From: a virus
Taxonomy: Duplodnaviria > Caudoviricetes
Virus record (IMG/VR): IMGVR_UViG_3300037423_000767
Coordinates: 1-41,352 of that record
Strand: one strand, 5' to 3'
Length of the DNA stretch: 41,352 nt
The translations under genes and the position numbers were made by a program. Positions 25,191 through 33,595 of this stretch are shown piece after piece (positions within the stretch are counted from its first letter, which is position 1; each line of letters starts with the position of its first letter). The notes beneath the pieces are model-generated. The model made no database searches. It was not told the origin of the DNA and saw only the letters and a list, made by a program, of their open reading frames with translations.

Positions 25191-26200
25191 GCGACCACGT
25201 ATTCGGGCCGAAGGCGACGCGCACGTTTGCGCAGGCTGTCGAGTCGTATTGGAAGGCTGGCGGCGATAACCGCTTTACCGGCGCCATATATGATGACGGT
25301 ACGCGCGACGGCTTGCTCAATCACTTCTATGACAAGCCGTTGAAGGACATCACGCAGAACGATTTGGACGACGCGGCGCGCACGCTCTACCCGACCGCGC
25401 AGCCGGAGACGCGCAATCGTCAGTGCTACACGCCGTTTATCGCGGTGTGGAACCATGCCGTAAAGAACGGTTGGGCAGACGTGCGGCTATGGTCGCGGCC
25501 GAAAAAGCCGAAGGGCACGAATGTCGTTCGGCTCAAGAGCGAGCGCAGCGGGCAGAAGCCGGTCGATTACGACCGCGCCGCCAAGTTCGTGGCGGCCATG
25601 AGTCCGGCGCCTGCAATGCTGATGACGTTTTTGTTTTACACCGGCCTGCGGCCTATAGAGGCCTTCGCACTCGATGCCGCGGACGTCGACTTGGCTGGCC
25701 GCTGGTTTGTGGTACGCGCGTCCAAGACTGGTGAGCCTCGAGGCGTGCCGCTGCATTCGTTCCTGTGCGAGTGGCTGGCGCCGTTGGTGGAGCGCGGATT
25801 GGCCGATAGCAAGCCGCTGTTTCGCGGGCCGCGTGGCGAGCCGTACACAGCGGTGCAGGAAGGCGGCGGCGGACTTAAGAGTGCCATCAATGGCGCGCGG
25901 CGCCGGTCGGGCATTCGCGACGTTAGCCCGTACACAGGACGCCATACCGTCTCAACTGGCTTGGTGGTTGCTGGCGTGCATTCGCACATCAAGGACCAGA
26001 TCCTCGGCCACGCCGTCACCGACATGAGCCGGCACTACACCAACGTGCCACAGGCTAGTTTGGTGGAAGCGATTGATCTCTTGCCAGTTCCGGCATTGTG
26101 GCGCGCGCTGCCGTGGGTGGCCGATCCGCAGGAGTGGTGGTCGCGGCTGGCCGAGGGGACTGGAAAGAGGACGGATTTGGAGAGGAAGAAAGAGGCATGA
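25049..26200 (+). CDS. int: Tyrosine integrase
   Basis: TGLRPIE (R), SKTG (K), PYTGRHT (H-x-x-R variant), LGH, SRHY (Y). Confidence 0.93.
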   Translation: MPLKLYKRGKVYWISGTVHGQTVRESAGTQQKEVAEAIRAKREAGLVSDHVFGPKATRTFAQAVESYWKAGGDNRFTGAIYDDGTRDGLLNHFYDKPLKDITQNDLDDAARTLYPTAQPETRNRQCYTPFIAVWNHAVKNGWADVRLWSRPKKPKGTNVVRLKSERSGQKPVDYDRAAKFVAAMSPAPAMLMTFLFYTGLRPIEAFALDAADVDLAGRWFVVRASKTGEPRGVPLHSFLCEWLAPLVERGLADSKPLFRGPRGEPYTAVQEGGGGLKSAINGARRRSGIRDVSPYTGRHTVSTGLVVAGVHSHIKDQILGHAVTDMSRHYTNVPQASLVEAIDLLPVPALWRALPWVADPQEWWSRLAEGTGKRTDLERKKEA

Positions 26201-26604
26201 CACCAAGCGAGATTCTAGAGATCGTCAGCGCGATCACCTACAAGCCAGGATGGACGATTCATTCGTCTATTGAGGACGACATGGTAACCATCCAAATCGG
26301 TGTTGATGAGACAACTGAGGCTGCGCTTGATGCATCCAATCCGCACTCGCCGCGGATTCCGTGGCGCGGCGGCAAAAAGTTTCTCACTAGGCACATGTGC
26401 CGCCAGGAGATTGTTGGTGCCTGCTTCGGCATGATTCAGGACGCCGAGAGCCACGAAATGCGAGAGTGGTTCCGATATCGCGGTGCGTCAATCTACAATC
26501 CGCACTTGGATCCGGACGCGCTCGTTCCAGTAGCCCAAAAGAAGGCTTCCTTTAATGTGCGCGACAATGCCATGACGATGATCGAATCCGCGAGCGCAGC
26601 GTGA
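26197..26604 (+). CDS. Hypothetical phage protein
   Basis: ATGA-coupled; HEMREWFRYRGASIYNPH; ends SAA. Confidence 0.7.
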   Translation: MTPSEILEIVSAITYKPGWTIHSSIEDDMVTIQIGVDETTEAALDASNPHSPRIPWRGGKKFLTRHMCRQEIVGACFGMIQDAESHEMREWFRYRGASIYNPHLDPDALVPVAQKKASFNVRDNAMTMIESASAA

Positions 26605-26610
26605 ACCAGC

Positions 26611-26857
26611 CTGTACAGATTTTGTACGCTTTCGAGCGTTTTCACGTACAGTTTCGCTCTTTGTTCTGCACAGCCAAGCAGCCTTACGCTAGACCGTAGA
26701 GCCAAAAAGAGTAACAAAATCAATGGGAAAACTGGTGCTGCGAGAGAGGATTGAACTCTCGACCTCTCCCTTACCAAGGGTATGGTTTAGTTTCTCAAAT
26801 CCTTATGGCGCAAGGGTTTGAGGGGTCATCTTTTCGGAACTGTACGGATTTTGTACG
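26611..26857. other. attP: 48-bp core (26733-26780) matching the 3' part of tRNA-Thr(GGU), with arm-type repeats
   Basis: Minus strand CCCTTGGTAAGGGAGAGGTCGAGAGTTCAATCCTCTCTCGCAGCACCA, 5' half absent; repeats CTGTACRGATTTTGTACG at 26611-26628 and 26840-26857. Confidence 0.88.
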
Positions 26858-27018
26858 AATACTGTATTTGACCTCTCACAATCCTGGCGTCAACGTGTTT
26901 CACGCGTTGTTAGCGAACGAAACCGATTTGACGAATAATATCAATGGTAGCGTTATGGCGCGTTACCGGTGGCGTTATGTGGTGTCCGGCATTATTCACT
27001 GTGCAGTGAAAATACCGC

Positions 27019-27047
27019 TTGCTAACTAGGACAAAGTGTCCTACATA
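27019..27047 (+). promoter_or_regulatory. Promoter with palindromic operator
   Basis: TTGCTA-17-TACATA; TAGGACA-AAG-TGTCCTA at 27027-27043. Confidence 0.65.
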
Positions 27048-27072
27048 AGAAGGACGGAAACGGAGCAAGCAA

Positions 27073-27267
27073 ATGACCTTCACGACCTATCAGGAGGCAG
27101 CCGACTACGTAGCTAGCCGCGAAGCCGAGGTTGGCGCGATGAAGTTCCGCAGCACGGACGAGTACCGCAACCTCTACCCGCAGATGGCTACAATGTACCA
27201 GGCCGAAGGCCGCAAGCGCGCACCTCGTCGCAAGAAGATTCACGGCTTCGGCATCTGCAGGTTCTAA
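27073..27267 (+). CDS. Hypothetical protein (64 aa)
   Basis: GGAG RBS; first gene below the promoter. Confidence 0.7.
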   Translation: MTFTTYQEAADYVASREAEVGAMKFRSTDEYRNLYPQMATMYQAEGRKRAPRRKKIHGFGICRF

Positions 27268-27277
27268 GGGATTTGAT

Positions 27278-27481
27278 ATGACCGATTTTGTTGACCGATT
27301 GCGCGACGCCTCAGAATATGCCGAGGGCGCTGAGAAGTTAATTGCCAATGCAGCAGACAAACTTGATGCCGTCATCTCCATGCGCAATGGCTACGCCAGC
27401 CAAGCCAAATTTGCCGACATTGACAGCGCCGTGCATTTTCGTGAGTTCGTTCGGCGAATTGATGCCGCGTTAGCCGCATGA
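27278..27481 (+). CDS. Hypothetical protein (67 aa)
   Basis: AAGGGG RBS; ends LAA. Confidence 0.7.
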   Translation: MTDFVDRLRDASEYAEGAEKLIANAADKLDAVISMRNGYASQAKFADIDSAVHFREFVRRIDAALAA

Positions 27482-27687
27482 CACCCGCAGACTACCGGGC
27501 CGCAATCAAGCGGCTCGGCTTCAATCAGGTGACGGTCGCGCCTGTCCTTGGCATCACGGACAGGACAAGCCGCCGTTACGCCAAGCAAGGCCCGCCACCA
27601 CCCCTAGCCCGCCTGCTCGCCTACATCGAGCGCTACGGGGTTGGGTTGGCGAAAGAGATGATGGAGGAACGTGATGGCGAACGATAA
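27478..27687 (+). CDS. Small XRE/Cro-like HTH regulator (Aca-like position)
   Basis: MTPADYRAAIKRLGFNQVTVAPVLGITDRTSRRY. Confidence 0.78.
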   Translation: MTPADYRAAIKRLGFNQVTVAPVLGITDRTSRRYAKQGPPPPLARLLAYIERYGVGLAKEMMEERDGER

Positions 27688-27937
27688 AGGACACAGGATG
27701 CGCTACCGGCGCGCGTTTGCGGAGAACGACGAACTAGTGGCTGCTTTGAAGATGGCTGGTTCAACGAGCGGGGAGATGATGTTCAATGCAGGCGTCGACG
27801 CCTGTGCGGCCGGCAAGCAGGTCACCATAGACGCGCTCGTGGCTGCGTTGGGGCGGGTGCAATTCTGCTGCAGCCTTGATACGGTAACCGCATATCAGGT
27901 CGACGCCGCCCTGGCGCTGGCGCGTGGAGGGAGGTGA
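27674..27937 (+). CDS. Hypothetical protein
   Basis: GGAGG RBS, coupled. Confidence 0.6.
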   Translation: MANDKGHRMRYRRAFAENDELVAALKMAGSTSGEMMFNAGVDACAAGKQVTIDALVAALGRVQFCCSLDTVTAYQVDAALALARGGR

Positions 27938-28116
27938 TGGAAACGCTATACGCAAAAAGGGAAGCGACGCACCCATGGTTTTGGGTGGTTAAGGACAAGC
28001 TAGGAAATTTCATCGCGCGTGATCGCTATAGCAATGATCTTCGCGACAGATTCCGCCAGCCGAAATTCAATCTGATTTTTCAGGACGACAGCGATTACGC
28101 AACATCATCCTCCTAA
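27937..28116 (+). CDS. Hypothetical protein (59 aa)
   Basis: GGAGG RBS, TGATG coupling. Confidence 0.55.
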   Translation: METLYAKREATHPWFWVVKDKLGNFIARDRYSNDLRDRFRQPKFNLIFQDDSDYATSSS

Positions 28117-28338
28117 TCCCCCATCAACACCCCTTCTTCGCGAGCCGCGTCCACAAACGCGGCTCTTGCTTTATCTGGCGTAGCGCGACCGTACAGCGCC
28201 TCAGAGATCACGTCGGCAGCCTTCCGCCATTTGGAGCCGCGGCCTGGCCATCCAAGCATGACGTCGCTCGCGGCTTGCACGTTGCGCACCTCTCTTGTCA
28301 GGCCGCCCTTCGCGGATCCGCACCAACTCGAACGTCAT
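28113..28338 (-). pseudogene. DUF982-family gene, apparently frameshifted
   Basis: MTFELVRIREGRPDK in one frame; REVRNVQAASDVMLGWP...ARAAFVDAAREEGVL in the +1 frame; 226 nt span. Confidence 0.6.
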
Positions 28339-28400
28339 TTTCCTGCCGTCGTGCATCCCGACCACTAGGAATTTCCTCCTACATATGCAATAGTCAGCAT

Positions 28401-28646
28401 ATGGAACTCACAGAGATCGTATACAACAAAAGTTATTGGGAAATCCGCTTTGATGACATACCAGATTGGTGGATTCTCGGCGTTCGCTGCGGCTGTTGCG
28501 GCCATGAGGCGCCTACCGACCGCAACAAGCTACGCCGTAGATCGGGTGCTGCTTATATTAGATTTTCGACATATTGCACGGTCTGCACAAAGTGCGGCAA
28601 TCGAGAACTGAATAGAGTGTATGTCGCCGGCAAGTTGCCGCGATGA
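28401..28646 (+). CDS. Zn-ribbon protein
   Basis: CGCCGH...CTKCGNR. Confidence 0.65.
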   Translation: MELTEIVYNKSYWEIRFDDIPDWWILGVRCGCCGHEAPTDRNKLRRRSGAAYIRFSTYCTVCTKCGNRELNRVYVAGKLPR

Positions 28647-28763
28647 CACGCACTGCGGGAACTTTGTAACGCGTCGTTTACCACCAGAAATGTTCCGTGA
28701 AAAATAGCGTGGTCCGACCAATCTCCGCTTGCGCACGTTAAGCAAATATAACAGTGTGCAGAT

Positions 28764-28917
28764 GGGCTTCATAACCCGGATTGGAATAGGTGCGACAGCA
28801 CCGAAGAGTGCGCCCTGCCTGGCGGCACCGCACAACCTGGCTTAGGCCGGGAGCGGTGCGCTATGTCCAGGCTTCGGCTAAAAGCCTCCGGCTCGTTTCC
28901 AACGGGTTATGAACTCC
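28764..28917. ncRNA. Candidate multibranch structured RNA
   Basis: Closing stem 28768-28786/28897-28913 enclosing four hairpins. Confidence 0.45.
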
Positions 28918-29028
28918 CGGCTTGCCGCGAGGTATGACGGCATGTTGACTAAGCATTGAGATTGAGACTGGCGCGCTGCGCCACCAAAGAAAGGGACCGT
29001 CACAACTTAAGGAAAGTGGGTTTGGGAA

Positions 29029-29358
29029 ATGAACATGATGCGGCCGGCCGCTACCGGCAACGTAGCGGTAGTTTTGGAGTGCGGATTAGGTGAAGCCATT
29101 CATTCGGGGGAAGAATGGCAATTTGAGTTAGGGCAGTGCATAACGCATAAAGACCAATCGATGCCATCGCTGGTGCTAACGAGGGTGCGCACAAGCCGCG
29201 GCGACGAGATATACGGATTACGGTCGTTTGCGCAGGAGGATCCCAACCGGGATAGACTCATCTTTGGCTCGTCGCTTGTCAGCGTCGTGCCAGGCAGCGA
29301 GCCGTGTCACGACTGTCTGCTATTCCGTACGGGTATGTGTCCCGGCGACTTGCGGTAA
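29029..29358 (+). CDS. Hypothetical protein
   Basis: 109-aa ORF; FELGQCITHK, Cys-rich end. Confidence 0.55.
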   Translation: MNMMRPAATGNVAVVLECGLGEAIHSGEEWQFELGQCITHKDQSMPSLVLTRVRTSRGDEIYGLRSFAQEDPNRDRLIFGSSLVSVVPGSEPCHDCLLFRTGMCPGDLR

Positions 29359-29417
29359 GCGCCTTGCGGCCCGCCAGCCGCTAGCGTATAGGCCATGCAT
29401 TAATCGAGGGACAATGC

Positions 29418-29813
29418 ATGGCCGTTACCGACGTCAAGAAACTGCGCCCTGAGCTTCTTAGCAAGAGCAAGGCCGAACTCGAGCGGCAGGCCGCAGAGAT
29501 CGCAATGGCGATCGCCGAGCTAGAACACCAAGAGGAAATCAAAGCCAAGGAAGCGCTGGCCACGGAAGCAGGCGAGCGCGTTGAGCGCGTCGTGGCTGAC
29601 GTCAAATGGCTGCACGACAACGGCTTGCTGCCAGAACGCGTTGCTACGGGCTTTAGCCGCAACGACGGCACGTTCGCGCCAGGCATGATACTGAGGGCAC
29701 CGACCGCGGAGTCGCTTGTTCCGAAGGTGGCTGGCGAAAAGAAGCGGCGCCGTAGACGTGGGCCGGATGGCGAGTGGCTGCCAAGCAAGGCGTCGCTGGC
29801 GGCAAAAAAATAA
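29418..29813 (+). CDS. Coiled-coil protein with basic C-terminus
   Basis: GAGGG RBS; heptad N-terminus; KKRRRRR tract. Confidence 0.7.
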   Translation: MAVTDVKKLRPELLSKSKAELERQAAEIAMAIAELEHQEEIKAKEALATEAGERVERVVADVKWLHDNGLLPERVATGFSRNDGTFAPGMILRAPTAESLVPKVAGEKKRRRRRGPDGEWLPSKASLAAKK

Positions 29814-29832
29814 AGCCCGCACGAGGCGGGCT
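29804..29832 (-). terminator. Rho-independent terminator of the leftward 36.7-29.8 kb operon
   Basis: AGCCCGC-N5-GCGGGCT stem followed by a T tract on the minus strand. Confidence 0.75.
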
Positions 29833-29837
29833 GTGAG

Positions 29838-30098
29838 TTACCAGAGGTCTTCCGAATAAAGCAGTGGTGGCCATTTGGGTTGCCAGACCTGCAGCGCTCT
29901 TTGGGCAACGCCGACAGCTTCTTCGCGCTCGACAAAGCGGCCAGAGTCCGTAACGAAGCCCTGATTGATCGGATGCACAAATGGCGAGATGCCCTGCGCA
30001 TCCATCTCTTGCAAAACAGTATGGTGGCGTGCCGGCTGCGGCATGGATATCACCAAGCCACCAACTCGCATCGCCACCGCTATAATGCGCTCGGTCAA
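29838..30098 (-). CDS. Hypothetical phage protein
   Basis: RHH...QGFVTDSGRFVEREEA...LYSEDLW. Confidence 0.7.
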   Translation of the reverse strand: MTERIIAVAMRVGGLVISMPQPARHHTVLQEMDAQGISPFVHPINQGFVTDSGRFVEREEAVGVAQRALQVWQPKWPPLLYSEDLW

Positions 30099-30724
30099 TG
30101 CCCACCCACCATCTGCTGCACCATGCTTCTGGCTTGCCGTTCCAAGTCGGCTACGGTCGCGGCCGAGATGGTCACGTCTGCAGTCACGGCTGCCTGCACA
30201 GCGTCGCTTTCGACTCCGGTCGGCCCATCATGCCCCGGGCGCTCCAAACGCACCACGCGCCCTCCCTGAGCCTGAAACCACCCCGACTCGTACACGACAG
30301 ACTCGACCACGATCGGAGCGCGCGGATTGCGCTTACGGGTTAGCGCAATCTCCATACCAAGCGTCCAGTCAACGCCCATCGTTGCGCCCATGAAGTGGCC
30401 AAACTTTTCCATAAAGAAGCGCGGCGACTGACCATGCGGCAGCAATGGCGAAGGCTTGTCCTTAAGCGCACCGTAGACCATGTGCTCGGCAATGACCGGG
30501 TTGCCAGTGACGTATTGGAACCACGCGCGGGAAGCCTCCTTGCCGCCTTCGAAAGCATGGATTCTGGCAAAGCCAAATTCCTGCTCTAGCAGGTTGGCAA
30601 CGGTCGACTTGCCGACGTTCCGCTTGCCTGTCAGACCAAGCATTATTGGTCTGCCGTGTAGCGGCCGGTTGTCGTTGGCTGCGAGCTCGTGGCCGCCCCA
30701 AGGATCGAAAGCGGTGGCGGTCAT
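30095..30724 (-). CDS. Deoxynucleoside monophosphate kinase
   Basis: GLTGKRNVGKSTVA P-loop, SPRFFMEKFG, GGRVVRLERPG. Confidence 0.8.
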   Translation of the reverse strand: MTATAFDPWGGHELAANDNRPLHGRPIMLGLTGKRNVGKSTVANLLEQEFGFARIHAFEGGKEASRAWFQYVTGNPVIAEHMVYGALKDKPSPLLPHGQSPRFFMEKFGHFMGATMGVDWTLGMEIALTRKRNPRAPIVVESVVYESGWFQAQGGRVVRLERPGHDGPTGVESDAVQAAVTADVTISAATVADLERQARSMVQQMVGGH

Positions 30725-30903
30725 TGATCCAAAACCTGTATTGGATTAAAGATGCTGATAACCGCGCTAGCGCGCTTTATTGCCTCTTCAGCGCTTGTCG
30801 TTCTGTTCATGTACAAGTCCTCTTCTCGCCAAAACGACCACGGCCATTTCTTATACTCAACCGCCCAATGGTCCATCGGAAGTCGCCGGATTCGTATTCT
30901 CAC
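30721..30903 (-). CDS. Hypothetical protein (60 aa)
   Basis: Coupled ORF. Confidence 0.55.
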   Translation of the reverse strand: MRIRIRRLPMDHWAVEYKKWPWSFWREEDLYMNRTTSAEEAIKRASAVISIFNPIQVLDQ

Positions 30904-31307
30904 TCCACTTCCTCCTTAACCTTGCGCCTCGGCGCGCCTTCACGCACTGGTTTGCCGCGCATCGGACCATCCGGCGCGGCTGGCTTGTAGCCGTCAGGAT
31001 CCGCGGCAATGTTCTTGAGCGATGCCAGCGGGTCATTCACGACTGGCCGAAAGCGCGAAGCCCTGAACGGCATGTCGTGATAGCCAAATTCAGGATCCTC
31101 GCCGCGGTCCAATCCCTCGACCTTGATGCCGAGATATTCGCCGTCGAGGTAGTGAATGAACACGCCTAGCCAGCGGATTTTGTAGACGGCGCCAAGAACC
31201 AGCTCGCACGGAACGCTCACGCGCTGCTCTGGCCTATAGCCGCTGTCGACGCAGACAACCCATTGGCCGACGAAAAACTTGTGCGTTGGGTCGAAGTTGT
31301 CTGTCAT
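30900..31307 (-). CDS. Hypothetical phage protein
   Basis: FFVGQWVVCVD...FRASRFRPV; AGGAG RBS. Confidence 0.7.
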   Translation of the reverse strand: MTDNFDPTHKFFVGQWVVCVDSGYRPEQRVSVPCELVLGAVYKIRWLGVFIHYLDGEYLGIKVEGLDRGEDPEFGYHDMPFRASRFRPVVNDPLASLKNIAADPDGYKPAAPDGPMRGKPVREGAPRRKVKEEVE

Positions 31308-31432
31308 ACCGTTCTCCTACCAGCCTTGACGCGATAGCGCGGCTTGCTGAACCAGACGAAACCAATTGGCTGAACAAAGTGCACGTCATCGACATTCATT
31401 GACGGCACGGTCAGTCGCTCAATCCACCACAC
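31304..31432 (-). CDS. Small hypothetical protein (42 aa)
   Basis: Manual translation MWWIERL...KPRYRVKAGRRTV; coupled at both ends. Confidence 0.5.
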   Translation of the reverse strand: MWWIERLTVPSMNVDDVHFVQPIGFVWFSKPRYRVKAGRRTV

Positions 31433-32310
31433 TAGGCCACCTCCTTCGCCATCTGATAAGCGCGGTCAGCCGCAGACGCCGCGCGGTCACGTTCGAGATA
31501 ATGGTCGTCGCCAGTAAAGGACGCGGCCCGCCACAACTCTCTAAACGTACCCAAGAACGCGGCCTCTGCCTCTGCTGGCGACCAGAATTGCAGTTCGACG
31601 CCAAGGTAGTCACGGTGTTTTTCGTGCCATGCCATCGGCGCCATGTTGACGAGTTCGTCGGCAATGATGCGATTGTCAGCCTCGTGCACGACGTCTGGCA
31701 TGATTTCTGGCAAGCCGTAGCGCTCGGCAATTACCTTCCACAGCGCCGCCTCGTGCAGCCTATATTCGTGCATGCTGCGCTTTACGGGTCGCGGCATGTC
31801 GACCAAGTAGGCTTCTGTGGCGTCGTGCAGCAGTCCGCAGAGCGCGTCAGCAGCCGAGCCGTGCCACCAGATCCAGTTGGCGATCAGGACGGAATGCTCG
31901 GCAACGCTGTAGAAGCGCTTACAGTGACCGGCGTAGCGGCATTGCAGGCTGAGGCTATGGGCGACGTCCTCGATATGCACCTCGTCTGGCCGAGCGTCCA
32001 ACGGCCAGAACTGGCGGGCCGTGTACGTTTGCATGAAGTCACCGCGACGCGCGCTGTTGTCGTTGGCAGGAAACGGCGCCAACCCTTCCGCGCGCCGCAT
32101 ATCGTTTATCGTCATGCGCCCTTCACGGACTTTCTGAGCCAGCGCCTCACGCGTCATCGGCCACACAGCGAACGTCTCGACCGCATCCTGCGCATCGTCG
32201 CTGCGCTCGACGTAGCGGCGGGCGATGGAATCCCAATTAAGCGGCACGCGCTTTCCAAATGGACGAGCGCTGCGGTAGTCTGGCGCGAATTCAATCTTGC
32301 CGACGTTCAT
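31432..32310 (-). CDS. HD-domain 5'-deoxynucleotidase-like (YfbR/YfdR) protein with N-terminal extension
   Basis: IEDVAHSLSLQCRYAGH, YSVAEHS, LLHDATEAY, AD. Confidence 0.85.
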   Translation of the reverse strand: MNVGKIEFAPDYRSARPFGKRVPLNWDSIARRYVERSDDAQDAVETFAVWPMTREALAQKVREGRMTINDMRRAEGLAPFPANDNSARRGDFMQTYTARQFWPLDARPDEVHIEDVAHSLSLQCRYAGHCKRFYSVAEHSVLIANWIWWHGSAADALCGLLHDATEAYLVDMPRPVKRSMHEYRLHEAALWKVIAERYGLPEIMPDVVHEADNRIIADELVNMAPMAWHEKHRDYLGVELQFWSPAEAEAAFLGTFRELWRAASFTGDDHYLERDRAASAADRAYQMAKEVA

Positions 32311-33584
32311 GCCACCTTCTCCTCTCGCTCGAAATTGTCGTTGGCCGCAGTGCGCTTCGCGGCGCCGGCCACCATGCCAGGGCTCAGCGTCAACCGCGCC
32401 ACCTCGCCATGCTCCTTGTGGTAGGTGATGACCTTGGCTGATCGGCCGGATAGCCATCCGCCGTTGGCAGCGTAGGCGTCAGGCGCGGCGAGTGTTTCGT
32501 GCCGCTCGACCTTCATCAGGTTCGTCGACTTGAGCTCGTCGCTATGCAGATGCCCAAGGTGCGCGTAGCTGTGCTTGGTGTTGCCGTAGATTTCGCGATA
32601 GCGGCCAGCGAATACGGAATCCACGTTGTCGATTTTGCGGCGATGACCGTGATGATAGAAGAGCGAGACATTGCCGTGCTGATAGGCGTAATACGTGCCT
32701 GACGTGCGGTCGACGGTGACGCGCGGCTCATCTTCGTAGAACGCCGCGAACATCTCGCGCAGCCAAACCTCGCTGGCCGGATCGTGGTTCGCGTCGCACA
32801 TGATAATGTGCACGTGCTTGTGCTTTGCGAGCAGCCGCGCCGTCGTGCGCCGCAGGAGCCGTATGCTTGTCCGAACCATCTTCGGAAAGCGGCTATCGCC
32901 GTCCAGAACGTGCTTGCTCGTCGGCGTGACGGATTCGAAGCCGTCCCAATGCTGCCAGTCGCCCATCTGCGCGAAGATTGCGGTTTCGGCAGGCGGAGCT
33001 AGGTCGATCGCAGAGGCAAACCAGTCGTCGACCAGCCTCTCGCCAATGGCCAGATCGTAATCGTCCTGGCCCGTTTCCTCAGCCCATGCCAAAGCGCCAA
33101 GGTGCACGTCGGTGACAGTGTACTGATTGAGCAGCGTGTCAATCGTGTAGTCGGGAGCGCGCACCGGCTCTATGCGCGGCACTTCATCTTTGAGCGCATC
33201 GATAACGGCGCGCATAGCCGCTTGCTGCGCCACCTTGTCAGGCTCTACGCGAAGCCAGTCTTGAATAATCCGACCATCCGCATCGCGGTTGACGGTGATC
33301 TTTCCTGTCACATGCGTCGGCGGGATCTCGAATACTTCACCCGGAGCCTTGACCTGCTTAACGTATGTGTTGCCGACCTTCTTCGACAGGCTCGAGATCA
33401 CGTAGCCAGGCAGCGTTTCGGCTGGTCCTAGCAACCCCCGTTCCGCCGCTTGCCTCAGGTGCCGCTGCACGGTCTCACGCGACACGCCGAGAGCCTTGGC
33501 TGTTGCCGTCTGGTTGCTGTCGTTGGCGATGTACGCGGCGTGCGTAGCAAGCAGCGTCTCGTTGTCTGTGGGAGGTGTTGGCAA
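32307..33584 (-). CDS. HTH + calcineurin-like metallophosphoesterase
   Basis: N-terminal HTH; TDVHLG, GD, NHD, HHGH, GHLH motifs; ends AANDNFEREEKVA. Confidence 0.82.
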   Translation of the reverse strand: MPTPPTDNETLLATHAAYIANDSNQTATAKALGVSRETVQRHLRQAAERGLLGPAETLPGYVISSLSKKVGNTYVKQVKAPGEVFEIPPTHVTGKITVNRDADGRIIQDWLRVEPDKVAQQAAMRAVIDALKDEVPRIEPVRAPDYTIDTLLNQYTVTDVHLGALAWAEETGQDDYDLAIGERLVDDWFASAIDLAPPAETAIFAQMGDWQHWDGFESVTPTSKHVLDGDSRFPKMVRTSIRLLRRTTARLLAKHKHVHIIMCDANHDPASEVWLREMFAAFYEDEPRVTVDRTSGTYYAYQHGNVSLFYHHGHRRKIDNVDSVFAGRYREIYGNTKHSYAHLGHLHSDELKSTNLMKVERHETLAAPDAYAANGGWLSGRSAKVITYHKEHGEVARLTLSPGMVAGAAKRTAANDNFEREEKVA

Positions 33585-33595
33585 TATGCGGCTCC

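Noticed and set aside
26733-26780. Complete tRNA gene
   Set aside because: The 5' acceptor strand and D arm are absent; it is the att core
28764-28917. Retron msr-msd
   Set aside because: An enclosing inverted repeat is present but there is no reverse transcriptase in the window
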